From Mizuhopecten yessoensis (Eukaryota): a DNA stretch of 64,000 nt. The notes under the pieces are model-generated. The model saw only the letters and a program-made list of their open reading frames with translations, made no database searches and was not told the origin of the DNA. Shown piece after piece: positions 1-11,738 of this stretch. The DNA lies in the NCBI RefSeq assembly GCF_002113885.1, contig NW_018408028.1:556895-620894 (forward strand). Reading direction: 5' to 3'. Both the position numbers and the translations under genes were made by a program. How positions within the stretch are numbered: the stretch's first letter is position 1; every line of letters begins with the position of its first letter.

Positions 1-66
1 GTTCAACCCAAATTGTTTGTTCTACAATTTCTGTATCCTGGTAAATCAATTTTTATGTTTTTTCAG

Positions 67-166
67 TAAATCGAAAGCTAAGCCAGTAGATTCATTGTTT
101 GGAGAGGATGAAGATGACGGTTTGTTTGGTATGGGAAAGAAACCTAACAAAAAAGCAGCAGCAAAG
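67..166 (+). CDS. WASHC2: WASHC2 exon (KSKAKPVDSLFGEDEDDGLFG...AAAK), phase 2->0
   Basis: tttcag acceptor, AAG|gtat donor, complete LFa motif. Confidence 0.88.
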
Positions 167-404
167 GTATAAAGCTGGTATTATCAGTGTATAATAGATT
201 AATATGGTATCGTGGATACATAGGGCTATTGTCATTTGTCATAAGGATCCCTCTACCACTGTCAAAAACTGTAACGGTTTATTCTAGCATGACTAGCTTT
301 GATAAATCATTGCTGAAAAGAAAACCATACCATGCACAATGAATTGTTCCACTCTTAAAAAAACTCATTGTTTCTGGGTAGAGAAAAACCTTACCTATGA
401 CTTC

Positions 405-762
405 TATATACAGTGAAACCTCAGGGTAAAGGACACTATACACAGTGAAACCTCAGGGTAATGGACACTATATACAGTGAAACCTTGGGGTAATGGACAT
501 TATACACAGTGAAACCTCAGGGTAATGGACATTATATACAGTGAAACCTAGGGGTAATGGACACTATACACAGTGAAACCTCAGGGTAATGGACACTATA
601 CACAGTGAAACCTTGAGGTAATGGACATTATATACAGTAAAACCTTGGGGTAATGGACATTATACACAGTGAAACCTCAGGGTAATGGACACTATACACA
701 GTGAAACCTTGGGGTAATGGACACTATACACAGTGAAACCTCAGGGTAATGGACATTATATA
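405..762. repeat. 32-bp minisatellite (tatacacagtgaaacctcagggtaatggacac), about 11 copies
   Basis: Direct tandem units; the unit contains a CAGTGAAACC motif resembling a DNA-transposon end. Confidence 0.9.
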
Positions 763-1094
763 TATATCTGTATGGTTTCTTCGTAAAGTACAACCTTGTT
801 AGTATGGGGTCAGGACTAAACAATTAAACCTGATTATTCTGTGTTAAGTATTCTAACAAAAATGGAAAACAAATGTTTGAAATAATTAGAACGTCACCTG
901 TCATGTGTTAAAACTTGCCTCTATATCAGGAGCATTTATAAGTGCGGACTAATTTTGTAATTCACGATCAGAGTTAACGATTTACTTTTGGGACTATTTT
1001 CTTTATCTACTCTCTGAGTTGGGATTTATGTTAGGACTGTTTTTTGGGACTATTTTCTTTATTTCTGATCTGAGTTGAGATATATTGTTTACAG

Positions 1095-1192
1095 AGTAAG
1101 GTGACAGAGAAGCCTAAATCAAGTGGTCTGTTTGGGGAGGAAGATGAGGAAGGAGACATGTTTGATGGCGCCCCAGTCAAGTCTACCCCCAG
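1095..1192 (+). CDS. WASHC2: WASHC2 exon (SKVTEKPKSSGLFGEEDEEGDMFDG...), phase 0->2
   Basis: ttacag acceptor, CAG|gtat donor, LFa motif. Confidence 0.88.
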
Positions 1193-1586
1193 GTATATTG
1201 TCATTTCAAATTGTCCATTTTCCTTGTTTAATTTCCACACAATCAGTTGATAAACAAAAAATATTAACATGACAGTATGAACAACACGTAATGTTAGTAT
1301 AAATGTTTTAATTTATTTTGTTCTATGTATTTTAGTTTTATATGTGAAAATGATAGTGTCTGAACTAAAAATTAAAAAAAAATCTTCTTAATAAAGTTAT
1401 GAAATGATATAAATTAAAAAAAAAATCTTCATAATAACATTACGAAAATTATGCCAACTCTTTTCAATCTTACCAGATACATGAAGATTGTATAAAATAA
1501 TTACATTACGAAAATTTGGTTGGGTGGAATAGTGAATTAGATTGACTTTGCTGGTTTGTAAGCCTTTCTCTGTCCTATACACACAG

Positions 1587-1680
1587 TAAGAAACCTGTGG
1601 GAGGCGTGTCCTTGTTTGGTGGGGCTGATATTCTCGGCAAAAAAAAAGCAGACCCAACACCAGAGCCAGTACAGAAACAG
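1587..1680 (+). CDS. WASHC2: WASHC2 exon (KKPVGGVSLFGGADILG...QKQ), phase 2->0
   Basis: cacag acceptor, CAG|gtcagt donor, phases match neighbours. Confidence 0.85.
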
Positions 1681-1833
1681 GTCAGTTGTCTCCAGTAATG
1701 AACTTACTTATGATATTTAATCATATGAGCAATCCACAGGATTTCAACCTGTGTTAATAAAAACCTGTCGGCTGTATTTTTTAAACAAGATAGCTAACTT
1801 TGTTCTGAATGGTAATGGGTATTCTGACATACT

Positions 1834-2127
1834 CATGAAATATACACGTTGTATACTGTATACCATGAAATATATACACGTTGTATACTGTATACCATGA
1901 AATATACACGTTGTATACTGCATACCATGAAATGTTCGTTGTATATAAACATTCATGGTTTTCGTGGAGGCTACGGAACCACGAATATAAATACAACGAA
2001 TTTAATTCATATATACTGGACTACTCTTTGTTTATATAGGGAATCCACGAAAGTTTGTAGCACAAAACGATCTAATGGCTTTCAGCCATGAAAGAAAATA
2101 CTCACGAATATTTCATGTTATACAGTA
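1834..2127. mobile_element. TA-flanked MITE (1916-2127) preceded by about 3 tandem copies of its left end
   Basis: TIRs tactgcataccatgaaatgttcgt / acgaatatttcatgttatacagta; ~30-bp tandem units at 1834-1932. Confidence 0.75.
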
Positions 2128-2504
2128 ACGTATTCAACATTACACCGTTAATTATTCTCTTTATCTTAACACAATAAGGGCATATCTCAACGTAAATGGT
2201 ACAGGAACTTACCATAATATAAATCGTTTATTAACCAGATACAATTTTGAAACAATACCAAGTTATGTTAGATAGCTGTTACCAAATGTACAAATGTCCA
2301 TAGACATATTTCAAGTCCACAAAAGATCTTTTTGCATGAACACAGGGATAAATATCTCCATGGACCTAACAAAGTTCAGCCTTCTCTCTGATATCTGCTA
2401 AATGTTTCTTTGTATATTCAAGGAATGTTTTAACATTTTGCCGCGAATGTATTGCTTTGGTAACCATGGTCAACGTTACAATGCGACGGTCTTTGTCTGC
2501 ACAG

Positions 2505-2627
2505 GAACCTCCAAAGACACAAGCTGCTGCGCCGAACAAGTCTCCTCTGTCACTGTTTGATGATAACGCGGACGAAGAAGATGATTTGTTTGGAGGAGTT
2601 GGTGATGTGGCCACCAAAGCACCACAG
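2505..2627 (+). CDS. WASHC2: WASHC2 exon (EPPK...SLFDDNADEEDDLFGG...PQ), phase 0->0
   Basis: gcacag acceptor, CAG|gtgtgt donor, LFa motif. Confidence 0.88.
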
Positions 2628-3269
2628 GTGTGTACATAACCTTGTACTGTTCAGCTCCCTCTGTTTTTAGGTCGTTTATATAAAACGTTGGATATAAACA
2701 GGGCTTTAAATTTATTTGAGTTAACATCGACAGCTATCAGCTTGGTGCAGATATAAACTAGGCATTGGATGTTAAAGTTAACATAAACCGCAATCCACTG
2801 GGCCTGGGCCAAGTGGCTCCAAGTAATGTTAGGTTAATCGGACAATATATAAAAGTTTCAGTCTCAAATATTCCCAGGATTATTGAAGTCAATTGTGAAA
2901 TCATGTGTCAAGATATTGATGATATCCTAAAGACAAAATCATAAAAATAACTTGTATAATTCAGAAAGTTAAACAATGACCTATTTGATATTTGATATTT
3001 ATTCACCAGGATATTCGATTGTGAATTCAACTATATCATCATTATTTCTTCCAACACATCAAATATTATTAGGTTTGACATATTATCTAAAAGAAATTCA
3101 CATTTCATGGTTTTGTGATGTCACACTTGTGACTTAATATTTTCATAACAGATTTTAATGAAACTAAATTTGCTTCTAAATCCTGTTAAGGGTGCTCGGC
3201 TCCCACCTGAGGATTTGTATTGTAATTGATAACATCAAGTTAATATTTTTTCCTATATTAAAACATCAG

Positions 3270-3907
3270 TATGCAGACATGGTTAAGCTGTTAATTGTTA
3301 TTGGGCGGATTGGTTGAGTGGTTAACACTCCGGCCTTCCACACAGTGGTGAACACAGGTATCTGTGCTGTAGCATTCAAGTGAGGTGGCACTATAAATGA
3401 TACTGTTGGAAGCACGGTCTCCCTACAAACAGAACACATTACATCTCCAGCACACACGCAGGCATACACACATAGGAAGATATTAGCCTGGTGGCATAGG
3501 GCTAGAAGTTAGCACCTGATAAGGCAGCTCCTAAGAATTCCTCCAAAATTGTATTGATTAATGTATATGCTAATTGTATTNACAAATTCCTCCAAAATTG
3601 TATTGATTTATGTATATGCTAATTGTATTAATTGTATATATATGTCCTGTAAAGCGCTTTAGAGTGGCTTATTCTAGCTAGATAGGGCGCTATATCAAAT
3701 GTTGTATAGTATTCTAGCTAGATAGGGCGTATATCAAATGTTGTATAGTATTCTAGCTAGATAGAGCGTATATCAAATGTTATATAGTATTCTAGCTAGA
3801 TAGGGTGCTATATCAAACGTTGTATATTATTCTAGCTAGATAGGGCGTATATCAAATGTTGTATATTATTCTAGCTAGATAGGGCGCTATATCAAATGTT
3901 TTATATT
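3270..3907 (+). mobile_element. SINE remnant with LINE(L2/CR1)-like 3' tail, tail tandemly amplified (~40-bp unit, about 6 copies)
   Basis: tgtaaagcgctttagag...gggcgctatatcaaat tail signature; repeated tattctagctagatagggcgctatatcaaatgttgtata. Confidence 0.55.
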
Positions 3908-3920
3908 GTTCTGTTTCTAG

Positions 3921-4055
3921 GCCAAACCTGTGGCCACAACAGGAGGGAAGAGAGATTTGTTTGGTGATGAGGATGTCCTGTTTGGAGGGGCTGAGGAGGA
4001 GTCCCCCGGGGTCAATCTGTTTGGCTCTCCTGCTTCCCCTGGCACATCACCAGAG
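3921..4055 (+). CDS. WASHC2: WASHC2 exon (AKPV...DLFGDEDVLFGG...SPE), phase 0->0
   Basis: ttctag acceptor, GAG|gtaaac donor, LFa motifs. Confidence 0.88.
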
Positions 4056-4182
4056 GTAAACGTCAGGATTTCTGGTTCCAGTTTTCACTTCATTCATGTG
4101 CCTTTAATGTGTTCGAGTTATCTCCCTTAACACAATTAATGATCATTTTACAAGTTTTGTCAATAAATGCATTGTTGTGTAT

Positions 4183-4418
4183 AGGGCTTAGCGGTCAGAT
4201 ATGTGTATGCCCTATATATAGTAATCATGGTGTCTGTCTGTCTGTCGGTCTGTCAGTCTGTCTGTCCACATTTTCGTTTTCGTAGATTATCTTGGAAACC
4301 AAGAGACTAATCTTTCTGAAATTTGACAAGGTGAAATATAGTTATTTGGCATTTAAAAATGGTGGAGGTCAGTCAGACACATAGCGGGGCCCTTGCTGAC
4401 CTGTCGGTGTACTTGTTA
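4183..4418 (+). mobile_element. Helentron-associated (HINE/pearl/DINE-like) non-autonomous element
   Basis: (GTCT)n microsatellite near the 5' end, 3' hairpin ggtcag...ctgacc, terminal cttgtt. Confidence 0.5.
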
Positions 4419-4888
4419 GATAAGAAAAAGTTAAATTACTCAATATTTAAGATTTTTCACAATTCCATATACAGTATGCAGTATTTATTTAGCATAACTA
4501 TATAGAACGAAAAAGAAATAACAGCGCTTTACGTACAGAGTACCATAAAGATGAAATATCTTACTACCATCACCACTATTATGAAACATGTAAGTCATTT
4601 CATTGCTAGTTGGCATTACTTCTTGTATAAAATAAGTTTGATTCACGTGTATATTTTAGGATATGTCATATTTTAGTGGACAAGTTAAAGAAGGATATGG
4701 TATTCCTGATATATTGCTATTCATTTGTTATGTCTGAAACTGTCCATTTTTTTAGCTCTGCCTACAGTGCAGTCCAAGTTTGTTCGTTAATCCTAGAGTT
4801 TTTATGAACCTCCTGAACTGTTTCAACCGGGATATGCAAATGCGGCCCATGTATCAAATCTCATGAACAATTTCAACTTCTTTTTCAG

Positions 4889-5020
4889 AAGAGTTCGCCT
4901 GTAAAGTCAAAGGCAGCTCCGACCCCTAAGGCGCCTGTTACCAAGGTAACACAGAAATCAAGCTCAGGTCTGTTTAACGATGACGATGACGACGACATGT
5001 TTGGATCGTCAGCACCAAAG
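4889..5020 (+). CDS. WASHC2: WASHC2 exon (KSSP...GLFNDDDDDDMFGSSAPK), phase 0->0
   Basis: tttttcag acceptor, AAG|gtaaaa donor, LFa motif. Confidence 0.88.
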
Positions 5021-5435
5021 GTAAAAAGAACATTGGAACACAAAGCATTAGAGTGTTAGATGAAGTCAAAAGATAAAAAAAATATTTTAAGTTTTACTGC
5101 AAAAGACAAGTTTTCCTGTTTGAGTAAATTAATGATGATTTACTTTTGTAGACTCTAAACTTTGTTTTTAGGCTACATGTAAGATGAAGTTAAATGTGTT
5201 CATGTGACAACTTGTCCATTGAAAATTACCCAAGTAAAACATTTCCTCTGTTCCTACCTGATCATTCCAGTTTTCTGCCGGGACAGGTGTGTGACGATAA
5301 TTTATTGAATATCCAACAGAATAAAATTGGAACTCGTTTTGATATGCTTGCCAGGTTGTTCCAGGAAAGTATTTGATATAAAATTGTTTTTGAAAAATTC
5401 TGCTCCAATCTTTCTCTTTAAATTCTGTATTTTAG

Positions 5436-5507
5436 GTACGGGCGGACAGTGGGGCGACACTCCCTGTGGCTGGGGTCACTACGGAGGAGAGTTCTGATAC
5501 ACCAAAG
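5436..5507 (+). CDS. WASHC2: Probable WASHC2 exon, possibly a cassette (VRADSGATLPVAGVTTEESSDTPK), phase 0->0
   Basis: GC-rich 72-nt open island between a ttttag acceptor and a weak AAG|gtctga donor. Confidence 0.6.
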
Positions 5508-5643
5508 GTCTGAATCACTAGTTATATAATCATCTCACAGCTTGGTTCTTACTACTTCAAATACCAATACTGAATTTGAAAGAAAAATGTCTTGTGATTT
5601 CATGTTTGTCAGCAAATTTGATTTAGTATTGTTTATTTTGTAG

Positions 5644-5830
5644 AATAAGGAGGCTACAAAGCCCTGGAAACCTGTAGGAGGCGTGTCCATCATGGGGGGT
5701 ATCGATCCCTTCGCCATCAAAAAACGAAGACCAGTCGGTGAATCAGACGAGGAGGACGATGTGGGGCCAAAGAAAACAGAAGTAAAGGAACCACCAGAGC
5801 CTGCCCAGTCTGCTCCGGTAACAAAAAAAG
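5644..5830 (+). CDS. WASHC2: WASHC2 exon (NKEATKPWKPVGGVSIMGGIDPF...TKK), phase 0->1
   Basis: ttgtag acceptor, AAG|gtatag donor, phase matches next exon. Confidence 0.85.
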
Positions 5831-6165
5831 GTATAGGCCGATAGATCAGAAAAGGTTCTGTTCTTAGAAGAATTTTACAGTGTGTCATATACATATGTAA
5901 GTGTATCCATGTGGAACCAAGGCATATGCTGAAGGTAGAATTAACTTACCCCCACAAACCTACATGATAATTAATCCCCCACAGATGGTAGCAGAGGGGA
6001 CTACAGGTTTGTACTGCATTGGTCAGTGTGTCCTAGGCGTATCTCATGTAACCTGTGCATGTGAATACCTTTTGGTATGGTAGCGTCACAAACTGAAACA
6101 TAGGGTCTTGTGCAGAGAGTATAGAGAGTTATAGCCCTTTGTTCACCGTGGGTCGCTCTATCGAG

Positions 6166-6289
6166 GGCATGTCTCGTATTCCCTGGTAGGCACGTGGCAT
6201 GTCTCGTATTCCCTGGTAGGCACACGGCATGTCTCGTATTCCCTGGTAGGCACACGGCATGTCCCGTATTCCCTGGTAGGCACACGGCA
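6166..6289. repeat. 30-bp minisatellite (ggcatgtctcgtattccctggtaggcacac), 4 copies
   Basis: Direct tandem units. Confidence 0.9.
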
Positions 6290-6479
6290 GGGCCCTTGTT
6301 GACCTGGCAAGGTTCTAGTTGCATCGACCACTGCATTCCAGAAAGTAATCGGGTCAATACAAATTTCGATAATTTTTTATTTTATTTTTAAATTTGTTAT
6401 TGCATCAATCACATAATTAAGGTACAAGTGAGACAAAGGTGCTTGATTCTATAAAATGTAACACTATTTATTTTTCCAG

Positions 6480-6923
6480 TTGATCCCTTATTTGGTGATG
6501 ACGATGATAGTGATGACATGTTCACAGTCTCCAAACCAAGTCCTAAACCCTCGACTATTTCCGCCACTAAACCTCCCCAGAAAACTGAGGATGTCTTTAG
6601 CCCCAACAAACCTGCCAACACTTCAGTGCCAAAACCCAAGCCTGGTCCCCTGTCTGTGGACGATGACGAGGATGATGATGACATGTTTGGTCGGAAGCCT
6701 CCCCCATTACAACTTGACTCTCCAGCTAAATCAAAAGTGGGTGATGTATTTAGTTCGTCCCCCTCCTCAGAAAGCGATATGTTTGGCTCGTCACCCCCCG
6801 CGCTAGAGGAACCACAAACGGCACCACCAAAGGTGAAGAAGCCGCCTGCGGGGGCTGTGTCCATGTTTGGTGGGGTTGATCCATTCGCAGCCATGAAGAA
6901 AAAACAAGCTGTAGAAAGTGAAA
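6480..6923 (+). CDS. WASHC2: WASHC2 exon (DPLFGDDDDSDDMF...KKPPAGAVSMFGGVDPF...ESE), phase 1->1
   Basis: ttccag acceptor, AAA|gtaagt donor; overlaps ORF 6518..6967. Confidence 0.9.
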
Positions 6924-7193
6924 GTAAGTGTTATTGTTTGATTTGTAAAATGATTGATAAATGTTAAGGGTACAGCCAACATGATGGTGGAATAATCTCG
7001 TCCTCTGTCCCTCGTCTGGATACTCAAAAGTATGCAGGACAATTGAGTAAAATGGTTTACATATTAATATAAACTTTATTTCATTTCCTTTTTTCCCCGT
7101 TTACAGTATGATGTAAAGCAATACACAATTGTTGAAATTAGATTTGTAAACAAGTTTAACAACTTATGTAGATCCGTATCCAGGTTACATATT

Positions 7194-7338
7194 CATAGAT
7201 TCAATCACAACAGGCGAAGGAGCAGGTTGTCCTTGTGGTTTATTAGGATCGCAGGTGTCTTGTAGTTTATATTAGAATAATGATTCTAATAAACTATAAG
7301 AACTAGTCGATCCTTTGCCTGTTGGGATTGAAGCTATG
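7194..7338. mobile_element. Palindromic MITE-like hairpin
   Basis: catagattcaatcacaacaggcgaagga pairs with tcctttgcctgttgggattgaagctatg; additional internal palindrome. Confidence 0.6.
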
Positions 7339-7470
7339 GTTGATGAAGAATACATCACAGCTAGGTACGACTCATACTGTCTGGATTGTGGAATGACGGA
7401 ATGCAGCATCATTGTCTATAAAATCCAATTATTACCGTTATAGCATAAATATATGTCATTGGTTCCTGTC

Positions 7471-7656
7471 CGTAATTTTTCTTGCTCTCCGTAAACCTGT
7501 TTTTCTTGCTCTCCGTAAACCTGTTTTTCATAAACCTGTTTTTCTTGCTCTCCTCAAACCTGTTTTTCGTAAACCTGTTTTTCTTGCTCTCCGTAAACCT
7601 GTTTTTCTTGCTCTCCGTAAACCTGGTTTTCTTGCTCTCCGTAATCCTGGTTTTCT
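7471..7656. repeat. ~24-bp minisatellite (cgtaaacctgtttttcttgctctc)
   Basis: Direct tandem units with partial copies. Confidence 0.85.
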
Positions 7657-7871
7657 TATTACACCTAAGATATTGCAGTTACTTATTTCATTTGTTACAT
7701 ATTGTCGTATTCTTTAGAAAAGGAGTCCAATTTTTGGAAATATTTTTGTAAGAAAGTTTATTTAAAAACGTGTCCTTTCCAGAACAGTTTTTAAGGAGTT
7801 TTATAAAATTGAAAAAATTGTACTACGAATATGTTTTACAAATAATATATGAACAAAACATGTTTTTTCAG

Positions 7872-7897
7872 AGACAGCAGAAGATTCAGAAGAACAG
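7872..7897 (+). CDS. WASHC2: WASHC2 26-nt microexon (K-TAEDSEEQ), phase 1->0
   Basis: ttttttcag acceptor and CAG|gtaatc donor; needed to reconcile the phase 1 donor at 6923 with the phase 0 acceptor at 8797. Confidence 0.75.
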
Positions 7898-8796
7898 GTA
7901 ATCATGATTATTTTTGTATTGTAGTTTTGGTGTGGCTTTACCTGGTAGTGTTTAGCTCTCTGACTTTTTCTCGTAGTGTTTTAGTAGGAGGTTTGCCTTC
8001 TGTCATGTTCTATCCTGCCTAACGAGCTTTAACAACTTACAGCCTATTTTAAAACATTCAAAACATTTCAAATTTTAGAAGATTAGATTTTTTCTTGTAA
8101 TAAATCCAATCCAAAAAAGGGAAAGAAGTAATTTCTCAAAAACTGCAGTTTATTTCATTAGGCTCTGTATCATTGAAAAAAAAATCGTATTTTAAAATTC
8201 ATAGATTCCCATTAGATAAAAAATAATTTGGAAAGGAAAAAAATCAAAAATATTATTTTGTTTTTCAAATTTGAAGATAAATAAAAAAACAAATTAAGAT
8301 ATCGACAAAAATTGAAGTTTCACTAACACTTTCTTGTTTGTGAAGCTGTCTTGAAGGAATCAGGCACAGAGTTCTACATTTTTGATTTTATAGAGTTTTA
8401 TGATAATTGCTGCAATACAATATCAATCCCACTTCAAATAGATAATTGTCACTGAATTGGTTTTCAATAAAAGATTATATAATTATGTATTCATGAAAGA
8501 ACTAAAGGATGAATATAACAACAAATTATTATGGAATATGATGTAAACATAATAAAATTTCAAGATATCAAAATGGCTGAACTTCAAACAGAACATTGTT
8601 CTGTTGCTGAAAGAACACCATGCTTTTCCTTTTTAATGGTTGTGTAGTTAGCAGATTTTCATTTAAAAAGAAACCTTTTTCTTGTATCAAATTCTTTATA
8701 TGTTAATCTGTAGTGTGTTGTGTGTGGCTTGTACTCTCTGGTTTGTGTTGTGGTTGCCTGGCTTTTTACTGACTGTAGTGATGCTTTGTTTCTTAG

Positions 8797-8973
8797 CCCT
8801 CAGCATCTGTACCTAAAAAGGCAACTTCTAACAAGGGGAGCGAACTCCCATCTCCAACCAAGGAGACAGAACCCCCGTCTCCCACCAAAGGGTTTGCCCC
8901 TTCTTCACCCACCAAGGGGCCAGAGAAAGGGTTTCCTACCAAAGGGCCCGCTGGTAAAATAGGGAAACTAAAG
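8797..8973 (+). CDS. WASHC2: WASHC2 exon (PSASVPKK...AGKIGKLK), phase 0->0
   Basis: tcttag acceptor, AAG|gtattg donor; KIGKLK leads into the conserved NIGINPAALLPG segment. Confidence 0.82.
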
Positions 8974-9318
8974 GTATTGCCCTGTAAAACAGTCTATATA
9001 ATGTATGAATGTAGCCTATATGTTGGTGTCCTATTTATCAAAATACAACAATCTAATAACAGACAGTTTCACAAATCGCTTAATTGTGGTCATTTTAAGA
9101 TTTTTCTTTCAGCAATGATTAAGGGAGATTTAAGAATATTCAATAAGGAAAACTCATAAATAAAATGTTTGTTATAGCCAGAAGTGTTTGCAGATAGAAT
9201 TATCCTGTTGAATCTTAGACATAAAAAGAGATATATTTTTCAAGCAATTTTTTATCCTATAACAGTTTTAGTATCGTTACTGATCAGAAGATGAATTACA
9301 CATACTGTTATATTACAG

Positions 9319-9444
9319 ATGAACATAGGGATCAACCCCGCTGCTCTACTACCTGGGGCGGCCCCACCTGTGAAGGAGCCAGAACCGGTCGCTATAGGAT
9401 TTGACCAGCCCGCTGAGGTCAAAACCCTACACAGCGCCTCAAAG
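9319..9444 (+). CDS. WASHC2: WASHC2 exon (MNIGINPAALLPGAAPP...TLHSASK), first half of the CPI motif
   Basis: ttacag acceptor, AAG|gtacga donor; hallmark FAM21/CAP-ZIP segment. Confidence 0.92.
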
Positions 9445-9750
9445 GTACGAAACAGAAACATGTAACCACCAGCAGACAACTTTTATACATGATCAATTGC
9501 TCATTCTTCGAATCCTCATCAAAGATAACTTTTCATGAATGCATTTTCTAGTATCAAGACAAAATACTTTATTGAAGACACCAAAAATTATTAGATAAAT
9601 TAATCAAAATACACTCAATAGTACATTTGGAGGTCGGAGCCAGAATGGTGACCTTATTACTGACATATACATTTGCAAATGTAATTGCATTTATAGTTGA
9701 GAATATTTTCTCTCAGTATTATGATGGAGGGTATATTGTGTATTTTCCAG

Positions 9751-10417
9751 GACCGTGCAAGAATACAGACGAAACGCCGCCCACCCAGTCGCATGGCTCG
9801 TCAATCAAAGGGAGATAGTAGCACCAGTGATTTATTTAGCCCTTCATCGCCACCTGGTGATGATGTTCCCAAAGAGATGCCAAAACCAGTTGTGAATAAT
9901 CGAGTGCCGCAACCAACCTCCGATCTTTTTGGTAACGATGATTTGCTGGATGGTGGCTCTACGACACCTGTCAAGTCAGCTCCTATTGTCCAAGAAAATC
10001 ACCTATTCTCAGGTGGAGCTTTCTCCTCAGGTGCTAAAGTTACAAAATCAAAAAAAGGGGTGGACGATGATTTGTTTGGAAGTCCGACTAAATCGGTTGT
10101 GAAGTCAGCGACTAGTGACGATGTATTTGATGTGTCATCTAAAAAGCCTAGTACACTAATGAACAACGATGAGGAGGAGGATTTGTTTGCTCCTAAATCT
10201 TCTAAAAGGTCTACTAAAGTTACTGATGAGGACGATATATTTTCTACGTCACAGCCAAAAGTGTCAAAACAGTTGCTAAATGACGATAACTTATTCCCTT
10301 CAAAGTCAGGAACAAAGAATGATAACTCTAAGGCGCTGCCACCTAGTGAGAAATCTACAAACGGTACTCAGAATGATGATGATATATTTGGGGGTGTAGG
10401 CACACCCAAGAAAACAG
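9751..10417 (+). CDS. WASHC2: WASHC2 exon (DRARIQTKRRPPSR...DDIFGGVGTPKKT), phase 0->1
   Basis: ttccag acceptor, CAG|gtacgg donor; within ORF 9697..10452; second half of the CPI motif and several acidic-LF motifs. Confidence 0.92.
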
Positions 10418-11207
10418 GTACGGTATTTTATTTGTACTTCTTTACCCAGTAGGTTTAGGTTAGATTCTGTTTTCCAGGCAAGAATGAGAAAAAAAAACCA
10501 GATGTATATATTTTCTCTGTAGTTTATTCCATTTAAGGCCGACAGTCCAAATTAATCAACTTCAGTTGAAATAAAATAAAATGTTCAGAATGCTTTTGAG
10601 ATGATCCCTTCTATTGACCATCTTGTCTGGCCATCATATCCAAGGAAATACTTTAGCGGGGCAGAGGTATGGTGAGCCTGGCTCATTTTGTGTCAGTTTA
10701 ACACCTGACCCTAACTTTTCGCTCTTTCAATGAATTATCAATTTTAACAATTATAGATTACTTCTGTAGGAAAGATAAATTCATCAAAACTTGAGTGTAT
10801 AGCGCCTATTATATAGTCTTCACTTCAAAATCCCTAATTGATTTTATTGATTACAACTGTAAATACCAATTGTACAGTAGTTTTTAGTATCATGTAGTTG
10901 TATAAATAGTTGTATAATCTATTCATTTTATTAAGATTCCAGGAGTGAGGTGTGGGGTGTGTGGAGTGATAAATATGTAATGTAAACAAGACCTCCTCAA
11001 TGATGCTATTTCCTTTGTGACCAACAGGACTTAGGTCCTTCCTCTATATGACTGAGGAATGATTTACGTAGAATATCTTTCTGTAAATGAAGGAAGTTCA
11101 CTCAATTAATTTACATTACTTGTTCGTTTTGAAACATGATATTTTCCTGTTGTCTATTTCAGATATGAAATTTGAGGTTTCTGATTTTCCCCTGTTGTCT
11201 ATTTCAG

Positions 11208-11308
11208 AAGCAAAGCCTGTACTTGAAAAAGACAAAATGAACAATGATGATATATTTGCTGGAGCCACGGACACTGTGAAAAAAGTAGAAAAACCCAATC
11301 AGGATGAG
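11208..11308 (+). CDS. WASHC2: WASHC2 exon (EAKPVLEK...DDIFAG...QDE), phase 1->0; alternative in-frame start at 11163
   Basis: tttcag acceptor (duplicated 45 nt upstream), GAG|gttagt donor. Confidence 0.82.
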
Positions 11309-11539
11309 GTTAGTTTTACAGACTTGTAACTTAGGTAGAATAATGGCCGTGCAAGCCTAGGTAGGTAAAGACAGGTTTCTAGGGTAAGAAAGGGGTGCAA
11401 GACATTTCTTTCTTACTCCTCGAACTGCTCAGCATGACATGCCGTCAAGAATTTGAAAAAGTCTGATGCCACAATGCGGAAATAAAGGAGTCTTATAATA
11501 AAAAAGAAAACACAACTAAATTCCACAATTCATTTCCAG

Positions 11540-11738
11540 GACGAAGACTTGTTTGGAAAGCCAATGGAAAAGAAGAAACGGCAAGTGAAACGAGCCCCAA
11601 AGACGAAAGATGAAGATTTATTTAATGACAACACAGACATTTTTGCTGACGTCCCTGCATCTAAACCCAAGGAGAAGAAGAAGAAAAAGACGACAACTGG
11701 AGGCTCAAAGAGCTTATTTAAAGACACGGATGGTTTAG
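11540..11738 (+). CDS. WASHC2: WASHC2 penultimate exon (DEDLFGKP...SLFKDTDGL), phase 0->1
   Basis: ttccag acceptor; TAG|gtatgt donor lies inside the first unit of the 42-bp array. Confidence 0.88.

Noticed and set aside
3536-3630. 45-bp direct duplication around an 'n' at 3581
   Set aside because: Probably a contig-join artefact.
1031-9479. Ser-rich antisense ORFs (1031, 2366, 5535, 6409, 9252)
   Set aside because: Reverse-strand shadows of WASHC2 exons; acidic GAT/GAA codons read as Ser on the opposite strand.
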